Assembly (NCBI GenBank): GCA_003225175.1
Contig: QIBA01000056.1
Span: 23,790-87,789, forward strand
Direction of reading: 5' to 3'
Length of the DNA stretch: 64,000 nucleotides
From: Acidobacteriota bacterium
Lineage (GTDB): Bacteria > Acidobacteriota > Terriglobia > Terriglobales > Acidobacteriaceae
This document shows, piece by piece, positions 29,801-39,341 of this stretch. The notes under the pieces were generated by a model. That model did not search any database. It was not told the DNA's origin and saw only the letters and a list, made by a program, of their open reading frames with translations. The translations under genes and the position numbers were made by a program. Every line of letters starts with the position of its first letter. Position 1 is the first letter of the stretch.

Positions 29801-30372
29801 GAGTTCGTCTCGGCGGGTAATGCTGCACCGGGAATAATGCGCAGCAGCGTCTGGAAATTACGTCCCTGAGAACCTGAAATCGGAAGGTTATTGATCTGCT
29901 GAGCCGTGAGGTCGGTATGCACATCGGCCTTATCGGTCTGCAATATTTCTTGCGCGGCATTCACCTCTACCGTAGTTTCAGTTTGGGCAAGGTTGAGCTG
30001 AGCATCAGCGCGCTTGATGTTGTTTACCGTGACGCCGACGTTCTGCAGAGCAACTGTCGCAAAACCGGTTGATGTAATCGACACCTTGTAGTTGCCTTGC
30101 TGCAAATCAGAGAAGCGATATACGCCGTTGGCATCGGTGGTCGTAGTTCGGGCGAGACCAGTCTGCGTGTTTACGGCCTCGACCTTGGCGTTCGGCACTA
30201 CTGCGCCGGAAGGATCGGTCACGTTGCCCGTCAGTGTGCCGTAGAGCACTTGCCCCCATGCAGTGGAGGAGACCATCAGGCATACGAGTAGCAGAATGAA
30301 ACAGGCTACAACGGCTGACTTGTAAGTTGTTGAGGGCCCAAGCGTCTCATGCACCACACTTCGTCTCGTCAT
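26818..30372 (-). CDS. TonB-dependent outer-membrane receptor (CarboxypepD_reg + plug + barrel), second copy
   Basis: 1184 aa. N-terminus GTLTGNVTDPSGAVVPNAKVEAVNTQTG...DANGVYRF. Ends ...AARVIF. Confidence 0.9.
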   Translation of the reverse strand: MTRRSVVHETLGPSTTYKSAVVACFILLLVCLMVSSTAWGQVLYGTLTGNVTDPSGAVVPNAKVEAVNTQTGLARTTTTDANGVYRFSDLQQGNYKVSITSTGFATVALQNVGVTVNNIKRADAQLNLAQTETTVEVNAAQEILQTDKADVHTDLTAQQINNLPISGSQGRNFQTLLRIIPGAALPAETNSLAGNPQRAIFANVNGQSQTANNTRIDGAQDIYPWLPSNVAYVPPADAIETVNVVTNSFDAEQGQAGGAAMNVQIKSGTNSFHGTAHWFHFDQNFAARDYFQTNTIRFPKKNRNNQNQFGGQFGGPIKKDKLFFFVDYERTTQRQLAGPDTRTLPTAAMATGDFRNLPGNPIIYDPATGDATGAGKQQISCNGVPNMICPNRIDPASSAMIKLLQPQIAKEFATSTLTNNFVGSSTALFNRDSADGKINYVVSDKTNVFGRYSFSKTLVFDPPLLGEAVGDATNGGQLGDAPGLVQSVGLGATHTFSPNMLLDWNFGFTRLRLGSTFDLTSAKGLNDLRIPGTNDAGTLGNPSLYFGLPGFIFPVGLNLGNAQPANPFVFRDGSYVTGANLSWTRGRHGFRGGIEWNHSQMNHFQPQVGTFNTPRGAFDFNGMSTSLTGTTATWFNQWADFMLGLSDRSGKAIALQNPNALRWSQWAWYLRDQWQVTPKLTATLGVRWEAYPFGYSDNGKGLRYLDLKTGNVLIGGYGNIPRDDGVDVGSGQFLPRVGFAYRLTSSTVVRTGYGMNADSNNWRDFRNAYPANVFVDNITGNSNAIAVTSLTGLNATVASGAKTLPTGVVLTPLPDLSSGVIPLPLNIGTTTIPQPFRRGYIHNFNFTLQQEWKGFVLDTGYVGARGIRPLVQLNMNASPAGTGNAGGLLSQALGKTITGGITGLVPFKNSFYDSMQTKLTRRFHDGSMAGLSWTWSKAIDYADNDDLGSVAFAFPAYWEKGRAVAGYDRTHNISIYGVMQLPFGKGERWAQTGIGNAILGGWQISPLINYLTGLPFTVNCPGALNAVGSTQTCDLVGKFTVLNGKPNRDGICALSDLSCRYFDPSAFAAPLITSNANAHLGNTNRNEFRGPGYFGMNLSLARQIKLTERFAVQLRADAINFTNTPHFANPTANNCPANATLGAVCNTGSPTSTFGAITGGLQPGGFFGPDHGARQIWLAARVIF

Positions 30373-30438
30373 GGAGATCTCCTCTTCGTACTGGATACAG
30401 CAGAATCCGCGACACTATATGGGCTCGGCCCAACTCCT

Positions 30439-31656
30439 CTACTCCACTGCTTTCTTTCTGGCCAGCAGAGCGGGTTGGCCGATTTCCAAGCGCGCCGAGG
30501 CGCCAAAATGTTTTTGCAGCACGAGTGCGACGGTTCCGCGCAGACGCGCCATGTTTCCTTCCGCCGGGCGAATGCGCGGAGGCTTTCCAAACAGCATTCC
30601 GTTTTTGACTTCCGCTTCCACAATGGGAGCGAAACGCGCCCACTGTGCCGTGCATTCTCCAACCACCACGATCTCCTCGGGAGCGAGGCCAGCGACCAGC
30701 ATGCGCACACCGCGTCCGATTCCTCGCGCCATCTGCTCGAGAGCGGTAATAGCCAGCGCGTCTCCGGCGCTTGATAAAGCGAGAAGATCTGCAAAGCTGA
30801 GCTCTTCTGAACCTCTCCCGGAGGCGTGGTAGTAACGCAGCGCGGCGCGGTTGGAGCCGTAAACTTCCCAGCATCCCCGCCCACCGCAGGTGCATGCCGG
30901 TCCCGTGGGATCAAGAGCTACGTGGCCGAATTCACCAGTCATGCCGTGGGCTCCGCGCATGAGTTGTCCATTCAGGAAAATGCCCGTGCCGATTCCCTCG
31001 GAGATCGTGATTACAACCATGTCGCGAATCTTTTCGGCATGCCCAAACCAGACTTCCGCGAGAACGCACGCGTTAGCAGCGTTCTCCAGCTCCACAGAGA
31101 GTCCCGTGATCTTTTCTACGGAGCTCTTCAAATCGAATTCTTTCCATTTCAAATTGGGAGCAAAGATCACTCGCTTGGTGGATTCGTCGTATCGTCCTGG
31201 CAGGCTGATTCCGATCCCTTCAAATACCAATTTGGGATGAGCCTGGATCAACTCCTGAACTCGCGCCGCAATCTGCTTCGCTCCCGCAGCCGCATCGGCC
31301 GGGGTGGTAAAGGCTACTTGAGACAGAAAGTGCCCATTGATATCGCCGAGCGCGACGGTTGTCTGCGCCGGCCGGATATCGGCAACGAGAATCGCCCGCC
31401 TTTCGTTTAATCGCAGAAACGTGGGCCGGCGGCCTCTTGGCAAGCGTCCGGTAGGTCCATTGATCACCCACTTCTCTTCGATCAGTTGTTCGGTGATCAG
31501 CGACACCGTGCTGCGCTGCAGCCCCGAGACTCGAGCCAGGTCGGCTCGCGAGATCGGCTGCCTGTGACGGATGAGGTTCAGCACAACGCTGCGGTTAATG
31601 TCGCGCGCCGTTTCGCTGGATGCTACTTGCGTATTGGTAAAGTCGAGTCGCCGCAT
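30439..31656 (-). CDS. ROK-family transcriptional regulator (NagC/XylR-like)
   Basis: N-terminal wHTH ISRADLARVSGLQRSTVSLI. ROK sugar-kinase fold with zinc motif CTCGGRGCWE. Confidence 0.85.
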   Translation of the reverse strand: MRRLDFTNTQVASSETARDINRSVVLNLIRHRQPISRADLARVSGLQRSTVSLITEQLIEEKWVINGPTGRLPRGRRPTFLRLNERRAILVADIRPAQTTVALGDINGHFLSQVAFTTPADAAAGAKQIAARVQELIQAHPKLVFEGIGISLPGRYDESTKRVIFAPNLKWKEFDLKSSVEKITGLSVELENAANACVLAEVWFGHAEKIRDMVVITISEGIGTGIFLNGQLMRGAHGMTGEFGHVALDPTGPACTCGGRGCWEVYGSNRAALRYYHASGRGSEELSFADLLALSSAGDALAITALEQMARGIGRGVRMLVAGLAPEEIVVVGECTAQWARFAPIVEAEVKNGMLFGKPPRIRPAEGNMARLRGTVALVLQKHFGASARLEIGQPALLARKKAVE

Positions 31657-31933
31657 GGACGAACTGTATCCCAGATGCGCCCTGTGAATTAAATTCGCGC
31701 CCCGAACTTTATGCAGTCAGCCCAGACATTGTCAAGACTGGGGTGAAGAGAATCTTAGAATTTTCATTTCGCAAAAATCGCTGAGCTGCGCGCTTCAAGT
31801 AATCGCAAACTTTTTGGTAAGCCCTGACGGGCTACTCAGAAAGTCCTTAAAATATACGGCTTTATTGGATTTCTGAGAAGCGCACTGGGAGGTGATCTGC
31901 AGCGCTGAAGGGGGTCTTCATCCGGCCTCCTTC

Positions 31934-31963
31934 TTGACAGGCCCTTTTGTCCCGATGTATATA
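31934..31963 (+). promoter_or_regulatory. Candidate sigma-70-type promoter (TTGACA-18-TATATA) for the CE15 gene
   Basis: Read directly. Sits ~110 bp upstream of the 32073 start. Confidence 0.35.
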
Positions 31964-31979
31964 CTCGCGGCCTTTTGTT

Positions 31980-32003
31980 GTTGAACCGAACTAACTGTTC
32001 AAC
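31980..32003. promoter_or_regulatory. Palindrome GTTGAAC-N10-GTTCAAC between the candidate promoter and the CE15 start. Candidate repressor (ROK) operator
   Basis: Perfect 7-bp inverted arms read directly. Confidence 0.4.
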
Positions 32004-32072
32004 CTGTACGGATTTCGCTATTCGAATCTGGGTGCACAAAGTCGCGCACAACCCCCAGGAGGAAAAAGGACC

Positions 32073-34007
32073 ATGTCGTCCATATCACCAAGCGTAGAAA
32101 AGATGACCACGATGCCTAAATTTCACAACAATTTCAGTCTTGCAAAACTATCTATTTCGCTGATCTTGGTTCTGTTGGTGTCGGCTACCGCAGTAGGAGC
32201 ATTCGCGCAGGAGGATACGTCTAATAGCGCAACTACTCCGTTGGTCTACGACGTCGAGAATACCGGCGCGAACTTTGCGGCGCCTAGCTTCCCGAACTTC
32301 GCTCAACTTCCAATCATTCGGCCTTTGCCAGACCCGTTTCGGTTTGTCGACGGAACCCGCGACACTTCTTTGGCAAACTGGGAGCGTCGGCGTCAAGAGA
32401 TCAAGGCTTCCATCGAGAAATACGAAATCGGCCCTAAGCCTGACTGCTCCGACTGCACTATTAGCGCGACGTACACGCCGGCGACGGCGCCGGCTAAAGG
32501 TACTCTGACCGTGACTGTTACCAGGAACGGCAAGTCGATGACTTTGAGGTCGGGCGTTTACATTCCAACCGGAATGGGCAATGGCCCGTTCCCAGCGTTG
32601 ATCGCCATGACGTTCTTTGCCAGCAACTCTGGGTTTAACAGAGGCAGCCTGCCAGCCAGCGTCTTCTCCACGCGCCCAATCGCTAGCATCGATTTCGTCC
32701 ACAACAACGTAACCACATACGGCCGTCCGAGCGCCACCGACGGCTTCTACACGCTCTACCCTGAACTTTGCGCTGGATCATCTTGCGCCGGCGGCAGCAA
32801 CTCGGGTCAATACGCCGCCTGGTCGTGGGGAGTGAGCCGTCTCATCGACGGCATCATCCTTGCTTCTCAGTCGTCCACCAATCGGCTACCTGTCGACATC
32901 AAGCACCTGGCCGTCACCGGATGCTCCTATGCCGGCAAAATGGCACTCTTTGCCGGTGCACTCGATGAGCGGGTTGCGCTGACGATCGCTCAGGAAAACG
33001 GTGGCGGTGGCGCTCCAGCCTGGCGTGTCACGGATGAGATAGAGGCGGATCATGCCTCCGAAGACATCGCCCGTACGGACTACAATTGGTTCGCCAGCCC
33101 GATGAGGCAGTTCTCTGGCGTCAATCGTTACAAGATGCCGACAGATCATCACGAATTGATGGCCCTGGTGGCGCCTCGTGCGCTATTGGAAACCGGCAAC
33201 ACGGATTTCTATTGGCTATCCAATCGATCCAACTATGTCTCAGCACGCGCGACGCAACGGGTCTATAACGCATTCGGTATCGGAGACCGCTTTGGCTTCT
33301 ATATCGACGGCGCACATAACCACTGTGCAACACTCCCCGCCGAGGCCCCGGCAGTCGCGGCCTTTGTCGACAAATTCATGGTGGGCGATGCGGCGGCCAA
33401 TACAGATGTAGAGGTATTCCCGACAAATCCGCCGCTCACCTACGACTATACGAAGCTCGACTACGCCCGCTGGACCACATGGTGGGGAACCAATGATCCG
33501 AAATTCCCGAACGATTGGAACCCGGGAGACGGTACGGTCGTTTTGGGCATGACTCGTCCGATGACTGTCGATTCTGGTGCGACTGTTTTGGGAGGCTATG
33601 ACTTGTACATGCCCGACGGCCATCCAGCGACGACGGTTTCTCTGGCGGGCGCAAGCATGAATACCGACGTCTACTGTGCCGATGGCACTTCCTACACGCT
33701 CAATATTCACCTTCCTGATCAGTTCTACTCGATACCGGCGAACGACGATTCCTGGTTCCCATCACCCAACCAGAAGAGCCCATCGGTCTGGCAGGGCTCG
33801 GCGACGGCCGCCGTTTGCCCCGGTGGAGTTGCGAAGAACGCCTTCTTTAGTGCATTGGGTGAAGGCCCGGCGTTCACGTTTGGAGGGCCTGGCTTCCGAA
33901 CCACCGACACCACGGATCCTCTCAATGTCAGGTTCCACTGCGACGCCGGCAACAACGGCGCTGGCGGAAGCTGGAGCCCGACGACAATCGTTAACTACCC
34001 GCAATAG
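32073..34007 (+). CDS. CE15 glucuronoyl esterase-like secreted alpha/beta hydrolase with C-terminal extension
   Basis: Signal peptide. N-terminal LPDPFRFVDGTRDTSLANWERRRQEI, then VTGCSYAGKMALFAGALDERVALTIAQENGGGGAPAWRV matching the CE15 G-C-S-R-x-G-K nucleophile region. Confidence 0.6.
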   Translation: MSSISPSVEKMTTMPKFHNNFSLAKLSISLILVLLVSATAVGAFAQEDTSNSATTPLVYDVENTGANFAAPSFPNFAQLPIIRPLPDPFRFVDGTRDTSLANWERRRQEIKASIEKYEIGPKPDCSDCTISATYTPATAPAKGTLTVTVTRNGKSMTLRSGVYIPTGMGNGPFPALIAMTFFASNSGFNRGSLPASVFSTRPIASIDFVHNNVTTYGRPSATDGFYTLYPELCAGSSCAGGSNSGQYAAWSWGVSRLIDGIILASQSSTNRLPVDIKHLAVTGCSYAGKMALFAGALDERVALTIAQENGGGGAPAWRVTDEIEADHASEDIARTDYNWFASPMRQFSGVNRYKMPTDHHELMALVAPRALLETGNTDFYWLSNRSNYVSARATQRVYNAFGIGDRFGFYIDGAHNHCATLPAEAPAVAAFVDKFMVGDAAANTDVEVFPTNPPLTYDYTKLDYARWTTWWGTNDPKFPNDWNPGDGTVVLGMTRPMTVDSGATVLGGYDLYMPDGHPATTVSLAGASMNTDVYCADGTSYTLNIHLPDQFYSIPANDDSWFPSPNQKSPSVWQGSATAAVCPGGVAKNAFFSALGEGPAFTFGGPGFRTTDTTDPLNVRFHCDAGNNGAGGSWSPTTIVNYPQ

Positions 34008-34207
34008 TGTGTTGGAAGAGCGGGGCGGGATTCCACATCCCGCGCCTCACGCTTCTATTTGGAATCTTTATCAAGGCCCTGTCGTTCAGGCATCCTCCTT
34101 GTTCTACCGTCATCCCGACCCCGACCTTGGAGGAGGAGTGATCTGCTTTTTGCTGTCACCAACCACGCCAGGCCCAAAACAGGACCGGAGTGTAATCTAT
34201 CAAGCTT

Positions 34208-35434
34208 ATGGCCTCGCGCATCGCCGTCATACTCCTCTACCTGAGTTTCGGATTTTCCCAAGCTCTCGCTCAAACGCATTGGGTCGGTTCCTGGGCTGCA
34301 TCGCAGCAGCTAGCTGAGCCTAAGAACTCCCTCGCTGCCGACGATCTCACCGACGTCACGCTTCGCCAGATCGTTCACTTGTCCGTTGGCGGCCGCGAAC
34401 TGCGGGTGCGTCTATCAAACCGTTTTGGGACTGCGCCTCTGTACTTCAGTGGTATTCACATCGCGAAGGCCGTATCGGCCGGATCCGACAAGATTGTTGC
34501 GGGAAGCGATAAGGCACTCAGCTTTTCAGGAAGAGCCGACATAACGATTCCTGCCGGCGCCGATTATCTCTCTGATCCCATCGCCATTTCTGCCCCCGAT
34601 CTATCCGATTGGGCAATTACATTGCACTCCGACGCGCTCCCTGCGGAGCAGACTGGGCATCCCGGTTCACGTACGACGTCTTATCTGGGGCACGGAGATC
34701 AAGTTTCCGCATCTGAGATTCCGGATGCGAAGAAGATTGAGCACTGGTATTTCATTGCGGGAATCGATGTTGCCGCTCCACCCCAAGTCGGGTCGATCGT
34801 GACTCTAGGCGATTCCATCACCGATGGGCACGGCGCGACCACGAACGGCAACGATCGCTGGCCCGATGTGCTGGCCAAGCTCGTTGAAGCGTCTAACAAG
34901 AAGAAGCTGGCGGTGCTGAACCATGGCATTGGAGGAAACCGCCTGCTGAACGATGGCTTAGGACCGAATGCGCTGGCGCGGTTCGACCATGACGTTCTCG
35001 CGCAGGCCGGCGTGCGCTACCTGATCATTCTCGAAGGAATCAACGACATCGGTGTGCTTACGCGCGACGCTGACGCTCCCGATACGGAACACGAGATACT
35101 CGTCCGCCGCATGATTGCCGCATACGAGCAGTTGATTGCGCGCGCGCATACGCATGGCATTAAGGTCATCGGAGCAACGCTTCTGCCGTTCGTTGGAGGT
35201 GGTTATTACCATCCTGGCCCGAGGACCGAGCAAGACCGCCAAGCGGTGAATCGCTGGATCCGCACTCGGGGGCACTTTGACGCGGTGGTTGATCTGGACA
35301 AGGTAACGCGCGATCCAGCGCACCCGGAGCGCTTGCTGCCGGCATTCGACTCCGGCGATCACCTTCATCCCTCGCCTGCGGGCTATCGCGCGATGGCAGA
35401 GGCGATTCCAGCCTCGTTGTTCAGTTTGAAATAA
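34208..35434 (+). CDS. SGNH/GDSL-family esterase (possible acetyl-xylan esterase) with N-terminal beta-sandwich domain
   Basis: Signal peptide. Block I IVTLGDSITDG (Ser), block III GGNRLLND, block V DHLHPS (His). Confidence 0.75.
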   Translation: MASRIAVILLYLSFGFSQALAQTHWVGSWAASQQLAEPKNSLAADDLTDVTLRQIVHLSVGGRELRVRLSNRFGTAPLYFSGIHIAKAVSAGSDKIVAGSDKALSFSGRADITIPAGADYLSDPIAISAPDLSDWAITLHSDALPAEQTGHPGSRTTSYLGHGDQVSASEIPDAKKIEHWYFIAGIDVAAPPQVGSIVTLGDSITDGHGATTNGNDRWPDVLAKLVEASNKKKLAVLNHGIGGNRLLNDGLGPNALARFDHDVLAQAGVRYLIILEGINDIGVLTRDADAPDTEHEILVRRMIAAYEQLIARAHTHGIKVIGATLLPFVGGGYYHPGPRTEQDRQAVNRWIRTRGHFDAVVDLDKVTRDPAHPERLLPAFDSGDHLHPSPAGYRAMAEAIPASLFSLK

Positions 35435-38400
35435 CGCTCGGCGAAGCTGAGGAATGTTGGCCAGTTAGGGCCGGTGGTGTGTCCGCCGCTATGGGAACGA
35501 AACGCGATGTCACCATCGATGACAGCCGTCTCGAGCGGAGGGAATTCTGTTGCTCCGAGATCCTTTTTGCCTAGCAACCGGTAAACCGGGCCGGCGTCCA
35601 CTGCGCCGAGGAACATCCCCTTCGCATCTACCCAGCCGCCTTCAACTGTCGGCGCACCGGTGCTGATAAATACTGGGCGCGGAGCGCAGAGCGCGATCAG
35701 TTCGTGGGCATCGACCGGAAGATCGTTGGGCGTGAGAGGTCCGGCATACTTCAGGAAGTTGCCCGCCATCCAGTGATACTCGCTCGCAGAAGCTATGTTC
35801 TCGACCTGCTCGCCGAACCTTCTGCGCATGATCTTCGCGCCACCCTCGCCCGAAGAGCCAATGAACCCGATCGCGAAACGACGGTCATATGCCATAGTCA
35901 CGAGCGCAGCCTTCCCATACCGGGATAGGCCTTCAATGCCTACTCGCCTGGCGTCGACAGAATTGTCGGTCTGGAAGTAGTCGAGCGCGCGGCTGGCGCC
36001 CCAGGCCCAGGCGCGCAGTGCGCCCCAATCGTCGAGGCCGCGTGGCTGCCCCTTATTCACCAGACCGATGATGCCCTGGGTGAGGCCTTCACCGCTATCA
36101 GCCTGAATCGTCGTAGGAATCACGACGGCGTATCCCCATCCTTTTGCCAAAACCTGCTGCCGCCATGTAGAGCCATTAGCAGGATTGGCCGCGGGAAAAC
36201 GTCGCGCCATCGCAGCGAGGAATTCCGGAGTGAATCCAAACTCCATGATCACCGGCACGGGGCCTGTCGCATTCGCCGGAGTGCTCAGCGTTAGCTGAAT
36301 ATCGACTCCGATGAACGGATAAGCCGAGTTGTCCACGTGCCCATTGAGTTTCTTTGTGATTACCGGCACGTCGCCATTCATCTCCTGGGAGATGTTGGCG
36401 AGCTCCCAGTTCAGTTTAGGAATACTGTGCGGAAGGCGTCCGTAGATCTCGCGGTCAAAGCCTTCGACGATTTCCGGGCGCCGCCTCTTCCACCACGCAT
36501 CTGCTGTTGTAACCTTCTTCCCATTTTTGAGCGTGAGCGGATTGGGCAGCCGATATGGCGGAACCTTCGACTCGTCGGTATTCGCTGCATTTGGCGCTGC
36601 AGGATTCCCGCTGGGCCCAGGACGCAGCGAAGTTATGTGCAACAAATCCAGCAATCGCTGATGATCTTGATCTGAGGTGAGGTGCACCGGCTCGGGCAGG
36701 CTCGCTAGTTTTGCAGCGGACGGGTGAATCTCGACATAATCGAGCGCCGCCGGATCGCCACCGTCAGGTAAGCCCTCGATGCGAATTTTTTCGCCTGTGT
36801 GCAGAACGAGGCGGAGTTGCCGGCGAGTTGATGCATCCCCATCGAGCTGTCGGGCTGGGAAGCGATCATTCGCAGTCCACTCGCTAAGCACGTTGCCGTC
36901 AGCGAGTAGTCTGTACTTCGCCTCACCGCTGGGCATATCGAAGTACTGCACATCTATGTCATACGATCCAGCACTACCATTGAACGTGAATTCCGCGGCA
37001 CATGATTTCGTATTACTTGTGCACTCGACGGCTTTTCCTTTCGACGCCGTCTCGGGCGGAGAGATATCGAGCGGAGTGTATGCATTCAATTGCATCGCGT
37101 CGGCTTCGACACGCTCGCGATAGTGCCCGACTCTTCCGGCGACATCGGGAATGCCTGAGAGGCGCAGGAACCAATTCGTAACCGCATCTCGCCAAACAAT
37201 GGCATGCCCGCTTTGGTATTCAAGGCGATCCAGAACAGCCTGGTAGCGTTCGCCGTCAACCCGCCCCTTGAGCCGCTCCCAGTCGCGCACGAACTGATGC
37301 GCCCGCTCTGCCCCGTCGTAATGAGAGTCGTAGATGTGCTGGATGACCGTCTTGCCAGAGGACAATCGATGCGTGTAGGCCACGTGATGAAAGAACAGCA
37401 GCAGCTCATCGGGCGTGCTCTTCAGTGATTCATATATCTTTCCCACTTCAGGGCTGTACTGCGCCGTGTAGCCTGTACCTGTCGCTACAGTCCTGTCCAT
37501 GCCTACTCCATCGTGATCTGCGCGATGCCACTGTCCCCAACCGTTTCGCTCGGAAGACTCGACGCCGGGCCCGTAGTGAGTTCCCACGATGTTCGTCAGC
37601 GTTCCGATGCCGAGTGGCCCCGTGTAGCTCTCATAGACATTCCACGATGCAAGCTGCATATTCACGATCGTGTTCACTACGAGCGGATCGCTGCCGAATG
37701 TGAGCCGTGTCCACTCCTCCACGATTCGCCGAACGCCCAGATCAGGATTCCAGGCGAGCCGGGCGAAGCCGTAGAGGTTTGCCATGGCCAGAGGATGACC
37801 GAGCCAGTTCGGTTCCATTCCCACATTGGCAACGCCGACGAAGCCACCCATTGGATGGCGGTAGGTTTTTCCGGCGACAATTTCCTTCGTGAACGAACTC
37901 TTATGATTCGCATGCAGATCGAAGTCGAGGACCTGCTTCCACATCGGCGGCAGGAAACAGAGATGCCGCTGCTGCCCTAGATACTCCTGCGTGATCTGAA
38001 GCTCGATGGCCTCGTTCGTCTTTTCGAGTCCGCTGAACAGCGGAGAGACAGGCTCTCTCACCTGAAAATCGATGGGACCGTGTTTGATCTGAATAATTAC
38101 GTTGTCGTCAAACTTGCCGTCGAGCGGATGGAAGTTGTCGTAGGCCGCCTTCGCGCGATCGTTCTTCAGATTCGTCCAATCGAGATGGTGGTTATAGACG
38201 AATGCACGGTAGAAGACGATCCCGTGGTGAGGCTTGAGAGCTCGCGCAATCACGTTCGCCGCATCGGCCGGTGTGCGACCGTAAGTCGCGGGTCCGAGGC
38301 GTCCCTCGGAATCGGCCTTCACGACGAATCCGCCAAAGTCTGGAATCAGACGATAGATCTCATCAACTTTGCCGCTCCACCAAGCCTGTACTCGAGAATC

Positions 38401-39216
38401 GACCGGATCAAAAGTATCCAGACCTCCGATCACCTTCGGACTGCTGAAGTCCACCGACAGTGAGAGCGTCACACCCCACGGACGAAAGACGTCCGCAATG
38501 CGCGCGAGCTGAGGAAGGAATTCGGGAGTGAGCACTCGCGGATCGGCGTTGACGTTGTTGACGGTGCATCCATTGATGCCGACCGAAGCCAGCAAACGCG
38601 CATATTCCGCGGCCCGGGTGAGATCGCCGCGCACGCTTCCGTTCTCAAAGAAGACTGATGGACCGGCGTAGCCGCGCTCGATGCGTCCATCGAGATTGTC
38701 CCATTGATCGATCCAGCGCAGCGGCGCATACGGCTGCTGAACCTCATCCAGATATTCGATGCTTTCGCCGAGCGCGATCCGACGAAGAAGCGCGAAGGCT
38801 CCATACAAAACGCCTCGCTCCGTTAAACCTACAACCAGGATGGAATCCACGCCGCGTACTTGCCGCTTTGTCAGCCAGAAACCATCGCCTTGGATCTGCG
38901 GGGGCTGGACATCGGATGCTGCCGAGTGAAGCGCGGCCGTCGTTCCCAAAATGATCGCAGGTTCGGATGAGAGCTCTGCTGCAGCGCGAAAGGGTCGATC
39001 GAGCATTCCGCTGGCCCCTCGAATCACTTCTTGCTGCGCATTCAGAAGCGCTGGAGAATTCCCTAGAGCTACTACGGCACTTGGGATTGTCTGGTACTGC
39101 TGCGCAACTCGTTGTTCCAGGCGCGAGTATCGAAGCCACGCATCTTCGCCACTCTCGGCAGGCAACAGAGCCGGCAGAGCGAGAATGACAAATGTTACAA
39201 ATAGCAGGTGCTTCAC
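35383..39216 (-). CDS. Fusion protein: GH67 alpha-glucuronidase + beta-sandwich domain + C-terminal CE15 glucuronoyl esterase
   Basis: 1277 aa. Signal peptide, GH67-like N-terminal ~700 aa (…GFWLTKRQVRGVDSILVVG…, …GCTVNNVNAD…). C-terminal 400 aa with PPYRLPNPLTLKNGKKVTTADAWWKRRRPEI and GIEGLSRYGKAALVTMAYDRRFAIGFIGSSGEGG matching CE15. Confidence 0.75.
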   Translation of the reverse strand: MKHLLFVTFVILALPALLPAESGEDAWLRYSRLEQRVAQQYQTIPSAVVALGNSPALLNAQQEVIRGASGMLDRPFRAAAELSSEPAIILGTTAALHSAASDVQPPQIQGDGFWLTKRQVRGVDSILVVGLTERGVLYGAFALLRRIALGESIEYLDEVQQPYAPLRWIDQWDNLDGRIERGYAGPSVFFENGSVRGDLTRAAEYARLLASVGINGCTVNNVNADPRVLTPEFLPQLARIADVFRPWGVTLSLSVDFSSPKVIGGLDTFDPVDSRVQAWWSGKVDEIYRLIPDFGGFVVKADSEGRLGPATYGRTPADAANVIARALKPHHGIVFYRAFVYNHHLDWTNLKNDRAKAAYDNFHPLDGKFDDNVIIQIKHGPIDFQVREPVSPLFSGLEKTNEAIELQITQEYLGQQRHLCFLPPMWKQVLDFDLHANHKSSFTKEIVAGKTYRHPMGGFVGVANVGMEPNWLGHPLAMANLYGFARLAWNPDLGVRRIVEEWTRLTFGSDPLVVNTIVNMQLASWNVYESYTGPLGIGTLTNIVGTHYGPGVESSERNGWGQWHRADHDGVGMDRTVATGTGYTAQYSPEVGKIYESLKSTPDELLLFFHHVAYTHRLSSGKTVIQHIYDSHYDGAERAHQFVRDWERLKGRVDGERYQAVLDRLEYQSGHAIVWRDAVTNWFLRLSGIPDVAGRVGHYRERVEADAMQLNAYTPLDISPPETASKGKAVECTSNTKSCAAEFTFNGSAGSYDIDVQYFDMPSGEAKYRLLADGNVLSEWTANDRFPARQLDGDASTRRQLRLVLHTGEKIRIEGLPDGGDPAALDYVEIHPSAAKLASLPEPVHLTSDQDHQRLLDLLHITSLRPGPSGNPAAPNAANTDESKVPPYRLPNPLTLKNGKKVTTADAWWKRRRPEIVEGFDREIYGRLPHSIPKLNWELANISQEMNGDVPVITKKLNGHVDNSAYPFIGVDIQLTLSTPANATGPVPVIMEFGFTPEFLAAMARRFPAANPANGSTWRQQVLAKGWGYAVVIPTTIQADSGEGLTQGIIGLVNKGQPRGLDDWGALRAWAWGASRALDYFQTDNSVDARRVGIEGLSRYGKAALVTMAYDRRFAIGFIGSSGEGGAKIMRRRFGEQVENIASASEYHWMAGNFLKYAGPLTPNDLPVDAHELIALCAPRPVFISTGAPTVEGGWVDAKGMFLGAVDAGPVYRLLGKKDLGATEFPPLETAVIDGDIAFRSHSGGHTTGPNWPTFLSFAERYFKLNNEAGIASAIAR

Positions 39217-39341
39217 TCAAATCCTTCGCTGTCACAAAGTAAACCAAAACTGAAGCAAGAGGCTACACAGTTGCCTTCGTGCCCTCCGCCTTTATTCTTC
39301 CTTTATCCTTCGTGACATTAGTGTTCGCTCCTTCCCGCCGT

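Noticed and set aside
30347-31692. ORFs 30347..30895, 30349..30774, 30369..30914, 30371..30832, 30826..31410, 30890..31240 overlapping the ROK regulator
   Set aside because: All overlap the ROK gene, which has clear HTH and zinc-motif evidence. Shadow frames
35383-35434. 52-nt convergent overlap between the SGNH esterase 3' end and the GH67-CE15 3' end
   Set aside because: Noted as unusual, but both C-termini look plausible. Could reflect the true stop of one gene being slightly earlier. Not reported as a feature
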